From: Haliotis rubra
Lineage: Eukaryota
Direction of reading: 5' to 3'
Assembly: GCF_003918875.1 (NCBI RefSeq)
Contig: NW_025767028.1
Span: forward strand, 930,001 to 994,000
Length of the DNA: 64,000 bases
The translations under genes and the position numbers were made by a program. This document shows positions 62,530-64,000 of this stretch, in pieces. The notes beneath the pieces were generated by a model, which was not told the origin of the DNA, did not search any database, and saw only the letters and a program-made list of their open reading frames with translations. Position 1 is the stretch's first letter. Each line of letters starts with the position of its first letter.

Positions 62530-64000
62530 GAGATATACAGAAGAAGATATAGAGGAGATATACAGAAGGAGATATAGAGGAGATATACAGGAGATATACA
62601 GAAGGAGATATAGATGAGATATACAGAAGGAGATATACAGAAGGAGATATACAGAAGGAGATATAGAGGAGATATACAGGAGATATACAGAAGGAGATAT
62701 ACAGGAGATATAGAGGAGATATACAGAAGGACATGTACAGAAGGAGATATACAGAAGGAGATATACAGAAGGACATGTACAGAAGGAGATATACAGGAGA
62801 TATAGAGGAGGACATATACAGAAGGAGATATACAGAAGGAGATATAGAGGAGATATACAGAAGGAGATATAGAAGAGATATAGAGCAGATATAGAGGAGA
62901 TATACAGGAGATATAGAGGAGATATACAGAAGGACATGTACAGAGGAGATATACAGAAGGAGATATAGAGGAGATATACAGGAGATATAGAGGAGATATA
63001 CAGAAGGACATGTACAGAAGGAGATATACAGAAGGACATATACAGAAGGACATGTACAGAAGGAGATATACAGAAGGAGATATACAGAAGGAGATATAGA
63101 GGAGATATACAGGAGATATAGAGGAGATATACAGAAGGACATGTACAGAAGGAGATATACAGAAGGACATATACAGAAGGAGATATACAGGAGACACAGA
63201 AGGGAGGATATACAGAAGGACATGTACAGAAGGAGATATACAGAAGGAGATATACAGAAGGAGATATAGAGAAGGAGATATACAGAAGATATACAGAAGG
63301 AGATATACAGAAGGAGATATACAGAAGGAGATATACACAGAAGGAGATATATAGAGGAGATATACAGAAGGAGATACAGAAAGGAGATATACAGGAGATA
63401 TACAGAAGGACATATACAGAAGGAGAGGAGATATACAGAAGAAGGCCACAGAAGGAGATATAGAGGAGATACAGAGGAGGATATAGGAGGAGACATGGCT
63501 ATGAGGATAGAGGAGATCACAGAAGGACTATGTAAAGAAGGAGAGGATACAGAAGGAGATATACAGAAGGAGATATACAGAATGACATGCACAGAAGGAG
63601 ACATAGAGGAGACATACAGAAGGAGATATAGAGGAGATATACAGGAGACATAGAGGGATCAGACAGGAGATATACAGAAGGAGACATACAGAGATATAGA
63701 GGAGATATACAGAAGGACATATACAGGAGGATACAGGAATGACACACAGGAGAGGAGATAGAGGAGACCACAGAAGGAGACATAGAGTGTCTCATACAAG
63801 GAGAGATAGAGATATACAGAAGGACACGTATAGATGAGATATACAGAAGGACATGATACAGAATGGGGATGTACAGAAGGAGGACATACAGAAGGACATA
63901 CACACAGAAGGAGATATAGAAGGAGATATACAGAGATATAGGAGAGATGTATTAGAAGAGATGCACAGAAGGAGATATACAGAAGGAGATACACAGAAGG
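62530..64000. repeat. Purine-rich 11-14-bp repeat (aggagatatacaga)
   Basis: Direct reading; degenerates toward the window end. Confidence 0.9.

Noticed and set aside
59938-63994. ORFs of over 1000 aa (NNNLGYPINT / TTIWVILLIL repeats)
   Set aside because: Translations of a 30-bp and a purine-rich tandem repeat, open in several frames on both strands, with no gene structure.

Overview
Repeat-rich eukaryotic genomic DNA with six N gaps. It is most likely a gastropod mollusc such as abalone, inferred from the SINE types and (CACT)n tails and not verified. Host genes: (1) an intronless ZDHHC24-like palmitoyltransferase (47978-48808, -); (2) a multi-exon minus-strand gene reconstructed by splice phase (about 22553-38532, possibly starting at 39962) encoding a single-pass membrane protein with a large Gly/Ser-rich cytoplasmic tail and an apparent 1-nt frameshift; (3) a probable plus-strand secreted protein with a PAN/apple-like Cys pattern (from 54170). 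The rest is SINEs, Penelope-like fragments with hammerhead motifs, RTE-X-like and Tx1-like LINE relics, MITEs and about 20 minisatellite arrays. Most long ORFs in the track are repeat artefacts. Main observations: a Sola-like DNA transposon carrying a spliced F-box/transposase-fragment fusion plus a second F-box copy; a tRNA-less retroposon whose precise 5' end folds into a pseudoknot with a compensatory change; hammerheads with a U3-A8 core; a LINE with a 123-bp flanking duplication; and several minisatellites whose monomers trace to transposon ends or transposase coding sequence.
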